Positions 55,805 to 64,000 of a stretch of DNA of 64,000 nt are shown one piece after another. The stretch comes from Dehalococcoidia bacterium (GTDB lineage: Bacteria > Chloroflexota > Dehalococcoidia > Bin125), in assembly GCA_963662615.2 (NCBI GenBank), contig CAXXSR010000001.1:992001-1056000 (forward strand), written 5' to 3'. The position numbers and the translations under genes are program-made. How positions within the stretch are numbered: the stretch's first letter is position 1; every line of letters begins with the position of its first letter. A model generated the notes under the pieces. It was not told the origin of the DNA. It did not search any database and saw only the letters and a list, made by a program, of their open reading frames with translations.

Positions 55805-57031
55805 GTGGCGGTGTTGGAGATTCCCGTCGAGCTAACCGCAGAAAAGGGCTCAGAATTCCTCGAATACCTTCGGGCCTCACTTGAAGCTGCTGGCCGCATC
55901 ACCGGTTCAGAGGGCGGCTATGAAGAAGACGGTCGTTTCATAACCAGCTTAAAAATAGTGACGGAGCCGGAGCCTCAACGTGAGATTCCAGTCCGATGGA
56001 CCGTGACCCAAAACACTGACGGATCATTGGATCCGATCGTTGTCGATGGACCTAGTGAATTGGATGCCCGCCTCTGGGAATCTGTTGCCACAGATATCGT
56101 CAGGCGAGCACTCAACGCCGCCCGCAACGAGCAGCGCGGACTCTTTTTCCGACGGCACCCTTTCGCTTACTTTGGCCTCCCTCTCGACGGCGAATATTGG
56201 ATCTCTGACTGGCGATTCGCGCCTGTCTTCCCGAACGAGGAAACCGGTGGCTTGCTGCACCAGCCCGAGCGGGTCGTGTATTTGGACCACAACGTAGCGG
56301 CCATTGACGATCAACACGCCTCTTCGATAGCGGCAGCGCGTGCGAGTCGCTTCGCCTCTGTGCTCTCGGTCATTTTGGACATCGGCCTTGAGTCGCCTCA
56401 GCTCGAGACGCGCTGGGTTATGCTCGACCGCGATCACTCCGAGAAAAAGTCCCTGGGATTTCTTGATCCGCGACGACACGGCACTAGGATGCCCGAGCAG
56501 GGCGAGGCGTGCAGCCTCGGAGTCTATGAGACGGTTGATCGCGACAATCTCCAGACCCTGGATTGGGATATAACCACCACGACGCTGAAGATGCCGTCGG
56601 ATGCTTCCGAGCTGATCCACGGCCTGAACTCGTTGCCCCCAGATGACCAGGAGGCCTTCTATGGTGCGTCTGGCTTGTACCGGATCAGCTTGACTGCAGG
56701 TCGGAAATATCTGAGCGTTCGTATGGCGTATCAGGTGGCCGCAGTCGATGCCCTCGTTAGCGGCTACAGCACCACAGAGAAGTTCATCGATCTTGTTGGA
56801 GCTTACTGCTCCGAAGCTCCGCACGAATTGTCACGACGACTATACGGCTACGTTCGCTCACGCCACCTCCATGATGGAATATTTCCAGGCGGCGAGTACG
56901 ATCCCCAGACCATCAGATCCGTCTTCGATCACGCTCACATCGAACGATTCGACCTGCGGAGACAGGCTTACGTCGTTGCCCGTACGGTGCTTATCCGCTG
57001 GCTACGGCACAAGAGCGGGCTCACCTCATGA
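55805..57031 (+). CDS. Low-GC hypothetical protein with C-terminal HEPN-like RxxxxH motif
   Basis: AYQVAAVDAL...LYGYVRSRHLHDG; codon usage clearly unlike neighbours. Confidence 0.6.
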   Translation: MAVLEIPVELTAEKGSEFLEYLRASLEAAGRITGSEGGYEEDGRFITSLKIVTEPEPQREIPVRWTVTQNTDGSLDPIVVDGPSELDARLWESVATDIVRRALNAARNEQRGLFFRRHPFAYFGLPLDGEYWISDWRFAPVFPNEETGGLLHQPERVVYLDHNVAAIDDQHASSIAAARASRFASVLSVILDIGLESPQLETRWVMLDRDHSEKKSLGFLDPRRHGTRMPEQGEACSLGVYETVDRDNLQTLDWDITTTTLKMPSDASELIHGLNSLPPDDQEAFYGASGLYRISLTAGRKYLSVRMAYQVAAVDALVSGYSTTEKFIDLVGAYCSEAPHELSRRLYGYVRSRHLHDGIFPGGEYDPQTIRSVFDHAHIERFDLRRQAYVVARTVLIRWLRHKSGLTS

Positions 57032-57100
57032 GGTGAGCAATTTCCGTTATTCTCACCCGGCACCGATCCGTCCGACCAACAGAACCGAAAGGACCCCACT

Positions 57101-57427
57101 GTGATCTACGAACTCCGCGTCTACTATGCCGAAACCGAGAAGCTGCCCGCCCTCTTGGACCGCTTCCGCAACCACACCTGCAAGCTGTTCGAGAAGCACG
57201 GCATCAAGAACGTGGGCTATTGGACCAACGCCATGGGCGGTGGCAGCAACGAACTCCGCTACCTGCTGGCCTACGAGGACATGAACCAGCGCGAGGCCGC
57301 TTGGGCCGCCTTCGCGGCCGACCCCGAATGGCAGAAGGCCCGCGCCGAATCCCACAAGGACGGGCCGCTGGTCCACCATTTCGAGAACCGCTTCCTGCGG
57401 CCCACGGACTTCTCCCCGCTCCAATAA
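57101..57427 (+). CDS. NIPSNAP family protein
   Basis: IYELRVY, LFEKHGI..VGYW, WAAFAADPEW, LRPTDFSP. Confidence 0.92.
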   Translation: MIYELRVYYAETEKLPALLDRFRNHTCKLFEKHGIKNVGYWTNAMGGGSNELRYLLAYEDMNQREAAWAAFAADPEWQKARAESHKDGPLVHHFENRFLRPTDFSPLQ

Positions 57428-57445
57428 CGGTCCGCGGAGCACACG

Positions 57446-58438
57446 ATGGCAGGTCCGCTCCCCGTCCTGGTCCAGGGGCTTGGACCCATGGGCCTCAAGA
57501 TCCTGCACGCCGCCCAGGCCGACCCCGACTTCGACGTGGTCGCTGCGGTGGACGTCGCCGAACCCCTCGCCGGCCGCGATCTCGTGGACGTTGCGCCCGG
57601 CGCCCCGCCCGGCATCACGATCCAGCCCACGCTCCAGCAAGCCCGCAACGCCGCCGCTGCCACGGCGGACCTCCGCGACGCCATCGTCCTGCACGCCACC
57701 GGCTCCTATCTCAAGGCCGTCGCCCCGCAGCTGGAGGACGCCCTGCAACTCGGCCTCCACGTGGTCTCCACCTGCGAGGAGCTTTCGTACCCCTTTGTGC
57801 GCCACCCCAATCGCAGCCGCGAGCTTGAGGGCCTGGCCCGCGCGGCGGGGCGCACGATCGTCGGGACCGGTGTCAACCCCGGCTTCGTCATGGACCAGCT
57901 TGTGGTGACCTTGCGGGCCGCCAGCCACGCCATCCGCGCCGTCACGGTGCGGCGCGTGCAGGACCCGCGGCCGCGTCGTCTCCCCTTCCAGCGGAAGGTG
58001 GGCCTGGGCCTGTCCCGTCACGACTACGACACGCTCGCCGCCTCGGGAAAGTTCGGCCACGTCGGCCTGGAGGAGAGCGGGTGGCTGGTCGCGGCGGGCC
58101 TCGGCTGGGACATCGACGGCTGGACGACCACGCTGGAGCCCGTCCAGCCCGATCCGCAGGGCCCGGTGCTGGGCACCCTCCAGCGGTTGCAAGGCGCGAC
58201 AGCCGACGGCCGCACCGTTCTCCTCCACTTTGAGGCCCACTCCGGCGTGGAGGCGAGCTTCGACGAAATCGAGATCGACGGCACTCCACCCCTGAAGCTG
58301 CGCTTCGTGGGCGGCGTCTTCGGTGACGACGCCACCGCCGCCGCCGTGCTTCGCGCCGCCCGCGTCATCCCCAGCGCCGCCCGCGGCCTCCTCACCGTCC
58401 TCGACCTGCCCCTGCGGGCGCGGCCGCACAGCGAATAG
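57446..58438 (+). CDS. Dihydrodipicolinate reductase-like / 2,4-diaminopentanoate dehydrogenase-like oxidoreductase
   Basis: GLGPMG, VVSTCEELSYP, GTGVNPGFVMD, RRLPFQRKVG, GDDATAA. Confidence 0.8.
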   Translation: MAGPLPVLVQGLGPMGLKILHAAQADPDFDVVAAVDVAEPLAGRDLVDVAPGAPPGITIQPTLQQARNAAAATADLRDAIVLHATGSYLKAVAPQLEDALQLGLHVVSTCEELSYPFVRHPNRSRELEGLARAAGRTIVGTGVNPGFVMDQLVVTLRAASHAIRAVTVRRVQDPRPRRLPFQRKVGLGLSRHDYDTLAASGKFGHVGLEESGWLVAAGLGWDIDGWTTTLEPVQPDPQGPVLGTLQRLQGATADGRTVLLHFEAHSGVEASFDEIEIDGTPPLKLRFVGGVFGDDATAAAVLRAARVIPSAARGLLTVLDLPLRARPHSE

Positions 58439-58578
58439 TGCCCCGTGGTCGCGCACGGCCGCTGCGTCGATCTTGTCTTGTGGGCCCGGCCGGGCGTCGC
58501 ACCGCAGCCTGACGCCGGCGAGCCGTCGTTCTGAGGACGCACTGACGTAGATCGAGGGCGAGGGCGGGGGCGGGTGGA

Positions 58579-59286
58579 TTACGGGGTGCAGCGCGGTCCG
58601 TCTGCGACGGTCCACGTCGCGCAGGACGGTATCGCGGGGGCTCGCTCCGCGGCCGGTCCGACCACGGCAGCAGCGGGCGGCGACCCCGCGGGAGTCTCAG
58701 CGCCCTTCTCGAAGTACACCGTGAACGTGTTCTGGGTGAACTGCCCGGTCCTGTCCGTAGCCGTCACCGTGATCCGGTTCGCGCCCTCTTGCAGGGCCAG
58801 ACCCAGCGTCCAGCGACCGTCCACCGCGACGTCCGCCTCCTGCGCGCCCACGGCCACGAACGTGCCCGGCTCCGTGGCGCCCACCAGCACCACCCAGGGC
58901 TGCGTCACGAGGCTACCGGGACGGGGGATGTTGACCTCGAGGGTGGGCGCCGGCGACACCGTCCTCGCGACCACGATGGCCTCGGAGGCCACTTCCGCGG
59001 GCGGCTGTGCGGCCGGCTGTACGGCCGGCGCCTCGTCGACGGCGGCTGCAACCGCCACGCCCCCATCCGCCTCCCCGGCGTCGCTGCCACCCAGAAGCGC
59101 AAGCGCAACGGCGACGACACCCACCGCGAACGCCACAAGCGCCGCAACGGCGAGAACACGCCGGCTCGGGCGCTTATTCCAGATGCGGCGGTCGGTTTCG
59201 CTCTCGGCAGCACCAGACTCGGCGACGTGAACGCCCGTCATCGGATCCCAGCCAAGCTCTTCTTGCACCTGCTCCAGGTTGCTCAT
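58579..59286 (-). CDS. Membrane-anchored protein with an Ig-like beta domain
   Basis: Single TM; VGATEPG..V.V....VDGRW...LALQEGANRITVTATD. Confidence 0.65.
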   Translation of the reverse strand: MSNLEQVQEELGWDPMTGVHVAESGAAESETDRRIWNKRPSRRVLAVAALVAFAVGVVAVALALLGGSDAGEADGGVAVAAAVDEAPAVQPAAQPPAEVASEAIVVARTVSPAPTLEVNIPRPGSLVTQPWVVLVGATEPGTFVAVGAQEADVAVDGRWTLGLALQEGANRITVTATDRTGQFTQNTFTVYFEKGAETPAGSPPAAAVVGPAAERAPAIPSCATWTVADGPRCTP

Positions 59287-59358
59287 CGCATCTCATAGAC
59301 GCAGATGGCGTGCAACCGTTACGGGCCTTGGGCCCCTGTCCCGGCGCGCGAGAGCGCA

Positions 59359-60153
59359 TCACGCGTCAAATCGCGGCGCCCGCTTCTCCAGGAACGCCGC
59401 CACCCCCTCGCGATGCTCGGGGTGCGCCATCTGCTCCGACTGTCGCTCCGCCTCGAAGTCCAGCAGCTCTTGCAGCCCCATCCCCAACCCCCGGTACACG
59501 GTCTCCTTGATCAGCGCCTGCGCCCTCGGCGGCCCCTGCGCCAGCCGCGTCGCCAGCGCGTAGGTCTCGTCGTGCAGGTTCGCGGCAGGCACCACCCGAT
59601 TCACCATGCCGATTCGCAGCGCCTCCTCCGCGTCGATCAAGTCGCCGCTCAGGAACAGCTCCAGCGCTCTGCCCACCCCCACCAGCCGTGGCAGCAGCCA
59701 GGCTCCGCCCATGTCGTCGCCCAGGCCCACCCGCACGAAGGCCAGCCCGAACCGCGCCCCCACCGCCGCAATGCGCATATCGCAGGCCAGGGCCAGGTTG
59801 CAGCCGGCCCCGGCGGCAACGCCGTTCACCATCGCGATGGTCGGCTTCGGCATCGTCTGCAAGCGCATCGCCACTTGATGCAACGCCTGGAAACGGGCCC
59901 GCCGCTCCGCCTCCGGCAGATCCCACCCACCCCCCGGCCCCATGCCGGAGACGTCGCCGCCCGCGGAAAAGGCGCGGCCGGCGCCGGTCAGCACCAGCAC
60001 CCGCACGGCGCCGTCAGTCGCCACCTGCGCGGTCGCCTCCCGCAGCTCGTCCTCCAGTTGGCGGCTTAAGGCGTTCAGCTTCTCCGGCCGCTTGAGTGTG
60101 ATCGTGCCGACGCCATCCGCCGTCGTCGTCAGGGACAGGCATTCGAACGTCAT
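59359..60153 (-). CDS. Enoyl-CoA hydratase/isomerase
   Basis: TLKRPEKLNAL, FSAGGD, VNGVAAGAG, EGVAAFLEKRAPRF; ATG 60153. Confidence 0.93.
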   Translation of the reverse strand: MTFECLSLTTTADGVGTITLKRPEKLNALSRQLEDELREATAQVATDGAVRVLVLTGAGRAFSAGGDVSGMGPGGGWDLPEAERRARFQALHQVAMRLQTMPKPTIAMVNGVAAGAGCNLALACDMRIAAVGARFGLAFVRVGLGDDMGGAWLLPRLVGVGRALELFLSGDLIDAEEALRIGMVNRVVPAANLHDETYALATRLAQGPPRAQALIKETVYRGLGMGLQELLDFEAERQSEQMAHPEHREGVAAFLEKRAPRFDA

Positions 60154-60359
60154 CCGGGTGCTCCTTTCGCATCGACGATCCGCTTCACAGATCGCTGCGG
60201 CGGAGCCTAGCAAAGGCCTGCCCCCACGACGGCCCCCGGCAGCGGACCGCCCTTCCCGCCTGATAGAGCCCCGTCCCACCGCCCTGTATGATGGGCCCGC
60301 GTCGACGGCGCACCGCAGCAAAGGCCGCAGCGCGCGCGTGGACCTTCAGGAGCGGAGCG

Positions 60360-60893
60360 ATGGCGGACAACACGGCGGACAACAAGGCCGACAACACGTT
60401 CGAAAGTCGCGAGTTTCGAGATGCCTGCGGCCTCTTCGCGACGGGGGTCACAGTGCTCACGTCCGGCAAGGCGCCCAGCTTTCACGGCATGAGCGCCAAC
60501 GCCTTCTCCTCCCTGTCGCTGGACCCGCCCCTGGTGCTCGTCTGCATTGACAAGAAGACGCACATGTTGGAAGTGCTGCAAGAGACCGGCGCTTTCACCG
60601 TCAATGTTCTCAGCCGGGAGCAGGAAAAGCTCTGCCGCTACTTCGCCAGCAGCGACCGCACCTACGGTCCCGAGGAGTTCGCCGATGTCCGCTACAGCAT
60701 CGGCGCCACCGGCACGCCCCGCCTCGACGGCGCCATCTGCGTGCTGGACTGCACCGTGCACGACGTCGCCCGCGGCGGTGACCACGACATCTATATCGGC
60801 GAGGTGCAGGCGCTTGAGTGCCTCAATGAGGGCGAGCCGCTGCTCTTCTATAGCGGCCACTACCGCTCCGTCGCCCCGGCCAAGGAGTCGTAG
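60360..60893 (+). CDS. Flavin reductase family protein
   Basis: FRDACGLFATGVTV, SLSLDPPLVLVC, GGDHDIYIGEV, PLLFYSG. Confidence 0.93.
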   Translation: MADNTADNKADNTFESREFRDACGLFATGVTVLTSGKAPSFHGMSANAFSSLSLDPPLVLVCIDKKTHMLEVLQETGAFTVNVLSREQEKLCRYFASSDRTYGPEEFADVRYSIGATGTPRLDGAICVLDCTVHDVARGGDHDIYIGEVQALECLNEGEPLLFYSGHYRSVAPAKES

Positions 60894-60960
60894 CGCTCCC
60901 AGCCCGGCCCCCAACGATCCGCTACCGCGCCCAGAGCCACCGCGCCTAGCCCAACCGCCT

Positions 60961-61764
60961 CTAGCGGTAGGGGACGCCCAGCGATCGCAGGTACGCCTCC
61001 TCCAGCGCGGCTGTCTGCACCGCCTCAACCAGCGCGCCCGCCGCCCGGCCCAGCACGAGCTGTGCCAGCGAGCGTCGAGGGCGAAGCGTCACCGTCTTCG
61101 CCGGGATTCCGGCCCGTTCCGCCGCCCAATCCACCGCGTCGTCCAGCGTCCCCACGTCGTCAATGAGGCCCACCTCCTTGGCCTGGCTGCCCAAGTAGAT
61201 CTCCCCCGTCGCCAGCTCGCGGATCCGTTCCTGGCTGAGACCGGGCCGCCCCGCCGCGACGATCTCCAGAAAGCGGGTGTAGATCGCATCTAGGAGCGCC
61301 TGCTCCTTGGCCCGCTCCTCCGGCGTGGCTTCCCGAAACGGCGAGCCCATGTCCTTGTAGAGGCCCGTCTTCGCCACCAGCATCTCCACGCCTATCTTGT
61401 GGAGCAGCGCCTCGACCATCGGCCGCGCCGACACCACCCCGATCGATCCCACCACCGCGCTGGGGAGCGCCACGATCCGCTCCGCCGCGCAGGCGACCAT
61501 GTAGCTCCCGGAAGCGCCGACCCCGCGGATCGCCGCGATGACGGGGCGACGCTCCGCCAGTCGACGGGCCGCCAGGTAGATGTCCTCCGATGCGAAGACG
61601 CTCCCGCCCGGCGAGTCGATGTCCAGCACCACCGCTCGGTAGCGCGAATTCTGCCCCACGCTCCGCAGCAGCTGGGTGGCATCGCGAGCCCGCAAGCGGG
61701 GGCCAATGATCCCGCTCAACTCCACGACCGCCACTCGGGGCGGTAGAAACTCGTTGACGTCCAT
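60961..61764 (-). CDS. sppA: Signal peptide peptidase SppA (short form)
   Basis: IDSPGGS, ASGSYMVA, GSIGV, KTGLYKDMGSPFR, GLIDDVG; AGGAGG RBS. Confidence 0.9.
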   Translation of the reverse strand: MDVNEFLPPRVAVVELSGIIGPRLRARDATQLLRSVGQNSRYRAVVLDIDSPGGSVFASEDIYLAARRLAERRPVIAAIRGVGASGSYMVACAAERIVALPSAVVGSIGVVSARPMVEALLHKIGVEMLVAKTGLYKDMGSPFREATPEERAKEQALLDAIYTRFLEIVAAGRPGLSQERIRELATGEIYLGSQAKEVGLIDDVGTLDDAVDWAAERAGIPAKTVTLRPRRSLAQLVLGRAAGALVEAVQTAALEEAYLRSLGVPYR

Positions 61765-61982
61765 GTTCGTCTCCTCCTTGCGACCGGCCCAATTCTCGCC
61801 CCTGCCGATCTCGCGGCGCAATCATGGAGGGTTCTGCTCGCCGGCGCTATGCCCTTCTATGCGCTCACATTTGACCGCGCCCGCCCACCCCGGCATGCTG
61901 ATGCTCGGGTCCCGCGTGGGCCTCGGCACAGGTTCGGACGAAGCGCGCCGCAGCGCCCGCACGGCAGTAGGGGAGGACCGGC

Positions 61983-62360
61983 TTGGCTGAGGTGGACGTC
62001 TGCCCCCTGAGTGAGCTACCGCCCGGCTCCGTCACCGCCGCCGACATCGACGGCGCCCGCGCCTGCGTGGCCAACGTCAACGGCGAGGTCTTCGCCGTGC
62101 AGGATCGCTGCCCCCACCTCTTCGCCAACCTCTCTGTGGGCGAGCTCAACGGTGGCAACATCGTCTGCCCCTGGCACGACTCCGAATTCGACATGCGCAC
62201 CGGCGAGACCAAGAAATGGGTTCCCACGGGCATCTGGCACTTCCTGGATCAGAAAGCTCCGCCCCTGCCCGCCTTCCTGGAGGCGAAGCTCAAGCCCGCG
62301 CAGATCCGCACCTTCCGCACTCGCATCGTCGACAGCGTCATCCGCGTCTCCGACGAGTGA
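61983..62360 (+). CDS. Rieske [2Fe-2S] ferredoxin
   Basis: CPH...CPWHDSEFDMRTG; GGAGG RBS before TTG. Confidence 0.9.
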   Translation: MAEVDVCPLSELPPGSVTAADIDGARACVANVNGEVFAVQDRCPHLFANLSVGELNGGNIVCPWHDSEFDMRTGETKKWVPTGIWHFLDQKAPPLPAFLEAKLKPAQIRTFRTRIVDSVIRVSDE

Positions 62361-62370
62361 CCCAAAGCGC

Positions 62371-63078
62371 TCAGCCCCGCGGCAGCCCTAACCCCCGCGT
62401 GGCGCTGTCCCCCCTTCGCCCTGACCTGTCCTTCGCGCAGCAGAAGGAGCTTGTCGAAGGGTGAACGGAGGCCACGCGTCTCAGCCCCGCGGCAGCCCCA
62501 ACCCCCGCGTCGCGATGATGTTGCGCTGAATCTCCGACGTCCCCGCCCTATTCCTGTAACGTGAACGGGTGGGCACATTCCGCGTCCAGATCGAGATCGG
62601 CGACCCCCAGGGCCAGCGCTGGGAGACCGCGGACGTCCTCGTGGACACCGGCGCGACGTACTCCTGGCTCTCCGCGGAGCTCCTGCGGCGCCTGGACGTT
62701 CGGCCCGAGTTCAGCATTGAGTTCGAGACGGCTGACGGCCGCGTTATTCGTCGCGACGCGGCTCACACGCGGGCTCGCCTTGACGGGCAGGAGCGCATCA
62801 CCATCGTCGTCTTCGGCGATGAAGGGTCGCAATCGTTGCTGGGGGCGTACACCCTGGAGGGGTTCCTGTTGGCTCCGGACCCCGTGAATGAGCGCCTCAT
62901 TCATGTCCGTGGCCTGGCGATGGCTACGTCCTTCGCCTCTCACCGTTCGCCCTGACCTGTCCTTCGCGCAGCAGAAGGAGCTTGTCGAAGGGTGAACGGA
63001 GACCACGCGTCTCAGCCCCGCGGCAGCCCCAACCCCCGCGTCGCGATGATGTTGCGCTGTATCTCCGACGTCCCCGCC
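62371..63078 (-). repeat. Three copies of the acyl-CoA dehydrogenase 3' end (62371-62404, 62481-62547, 63012-63078) interleaved with two REP-like hairpins (62412-62468, 62943-62999)
   Basis: 133-bp direct repeat 62415-62547 vs 62946-63078 with 2 mismatches; copies encode (AGTSEIQRNII)ATRGLGLPRG*. Confidence 0.9.
62569..62955 (+). CDS. Clan AA retropepsin-like aspartic protease
   Basis: LVDTGATY catalytic motif, TADGR flap, LLGAYTLE, DPVNERL; stop lies inside the REP copy. Confidence 0.88.
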   Translation: MGTFRVQIEIGDPQGQRWETADVLVDTGATYSWLSAELLRRLDVRPEFSIEFETADGRVIRRDAAHTRARLDGQERITIVVFGDEGSQSLLGAYTLEGFLLAPDPVNERLIHVRGLAMATSFASHRSP

Positions 63079-64000
63079 GCAATCGTGTATGACGTCGTCG
63101 CCATGTAGCCCTCCGGCATCGCTCCCAGCAACGGCGGCGACGCCGGGGAGCCGCGCCGCAGCGCCCCCCACGCGCCCAGCAGGTTGACGCCCGCCCGCAA
63201 GATCGCCGTCTGCACCTCCGACCCCAACAGCTTCGACATCGACGCCTCCGCGTTCGGCACCTCGCCCCGCGACTGCATCCACGTCACCCGATACGCCAGC
63301 AGCCGCGCCGTCTCATTCGCGATCCAGAGGTCGGCCAACTGGTTGCGCAGGCTCGACGGTCGCGGCCCGCCGCGCTCCCGCACGTAGGCGATCAGCTCCT
63401 CCAGGATCCGACGCGCCCACATGACCCGGCCAATGCCGCTGCGCTCGTAGTCCAACGTCGTCGTCGCCACGTACCAGCCCCGGTTCTCCTCGCTCACCAG
63501 ATTCCGGCGCGGGACGCGGACGTCCGCCATGAAGATCTCGTTGAACGCGGGCGACCCCAGCATGTTCACAAGCGGCCGCACCTCCACTCCGGGCGACCGC
63601 ATCTCCATCATCAGGAAGGAGATCCCCCGATGCTTGGGGGCGTCGGGGTCGGTCCGCGCCAGCAGCATGCACCAGTCGGCGCCCTGGGCGTGGCTGGTCC
63701 AGATCTTCTGGCCGTTGACCACGAAGTCGTCGCCGTCGCGCACGGCCCGCGTCTGCAGCGACGCCAGGTCCGACCCCGACCCCGGCTCCGAGAAGCCCTG
63801 GCACCAGACCTCATCCCCGGCCGCGATCGCCGACAGGTGCTCGGCCTTTTGCTCCTCCGTGCCGTGATGCATGAGCGTGGGGCCCATCATGCTGGCGCCA
63901 AAGGTGTCGGTCGGCGCCATGTGGTAGCCCATCTCCTCATTGAAGACCAGCTGCTGCATGAGGCCGGCGCCCAGGCCGCCGTACTCCTGGGGCCAGTGCA
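63012..64000 (-). CDS. Acyl-CoA dehydrogenase family protein, 5' end outside window
   Basis: WCQGFSEPGSGSDLASL, NGQKIWTS, TIAAGTSEIQRNII; frame open to the window edge. Confidence 0.95.
   Translation of the reverse strand, partial: HWPQEYGGLGAGLMQQLVFNEEMGYHMAPTDTFGASMMGPTLMHHGTEEQKAEHLSAIAAGDEVWCQGFSEPGSGSDLASLQTRAVRDGDDFVVNGQKIWTSHAQGADWCMLLARTDPDAPKHRGISFLMMEMRSPGVEVRPLVNMLGSPAFNEIFMADVRVPRRNLVSEENRGWYVATTTLDYERSGIGRVMWARRILEELIAYVRERGGPRPSSLRNQLADLWIANETARLLAYRVTWMQSRGEVPNAEASMSKLLGSEVQTAILRAGVNLLGAWGALRRGSPASPPLLGAMPEGYMATTSYTIAAGTSEIQRNIIATRGLGLPRG

Noticed and set aside
55710-57048. Formal direct repeat bounding the HEPN-like insert
   Set aside because: Only about 14 of 17 bases match with a gap; kept as a hint, not called as a feature.
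1-64000. tRNA, rRNA or riboswitch
   Set aside because: No cloverleaf, rRNA-like or recognisable riboswitch consensus was seen by eye; an Infernal/Rfam scan is needed to exclude them.

Overview
High-GC bacterial chromosome segment, most consistent with Chloroflexota/Dehalococcoidia (inferred from the Tat-lipoprotein family-5 solute-binding protein, GAAC-N4-GTTC SOS boxes and expanded acyl-CoA dehydrogenase, CoA-transferase, SDR and 2-hydroxyacid dehydrogenase paralogs). About 65 genes, mainly catabolic or housekeeping (acs, htpX, htrA-like, gltB, glcDEF, bioY, sppA). No tRNA, rRNA, CRISPR, integrase or transposase was recognised. Most notable: (1) two foreign cargo genes (a STAND NTPase-TPR protein and a retropepsin-like protease) sit between duplicated 3' ends of ordinary metabolic genes with no integrase, one together with a REP-like hairpin, and a third low-GC HEPN-like gene is inserted behind glcF; (2) an ArsM-like methyltransferase with an in-frame UGA at a conserved Cys position followed by a SECIS-like hairpin (hidden selenoprotein); (3) a 68-aa membrane peptide behind a sigma70-like promoter covered by three LexA-type boxes; (4) a small protein with classical C2H2 zinc-finger spacing; (5) a coupled pair of unknown membrane proteins built from one shared helix motif. 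All calls were made by eye from motifs; no database searches were run.
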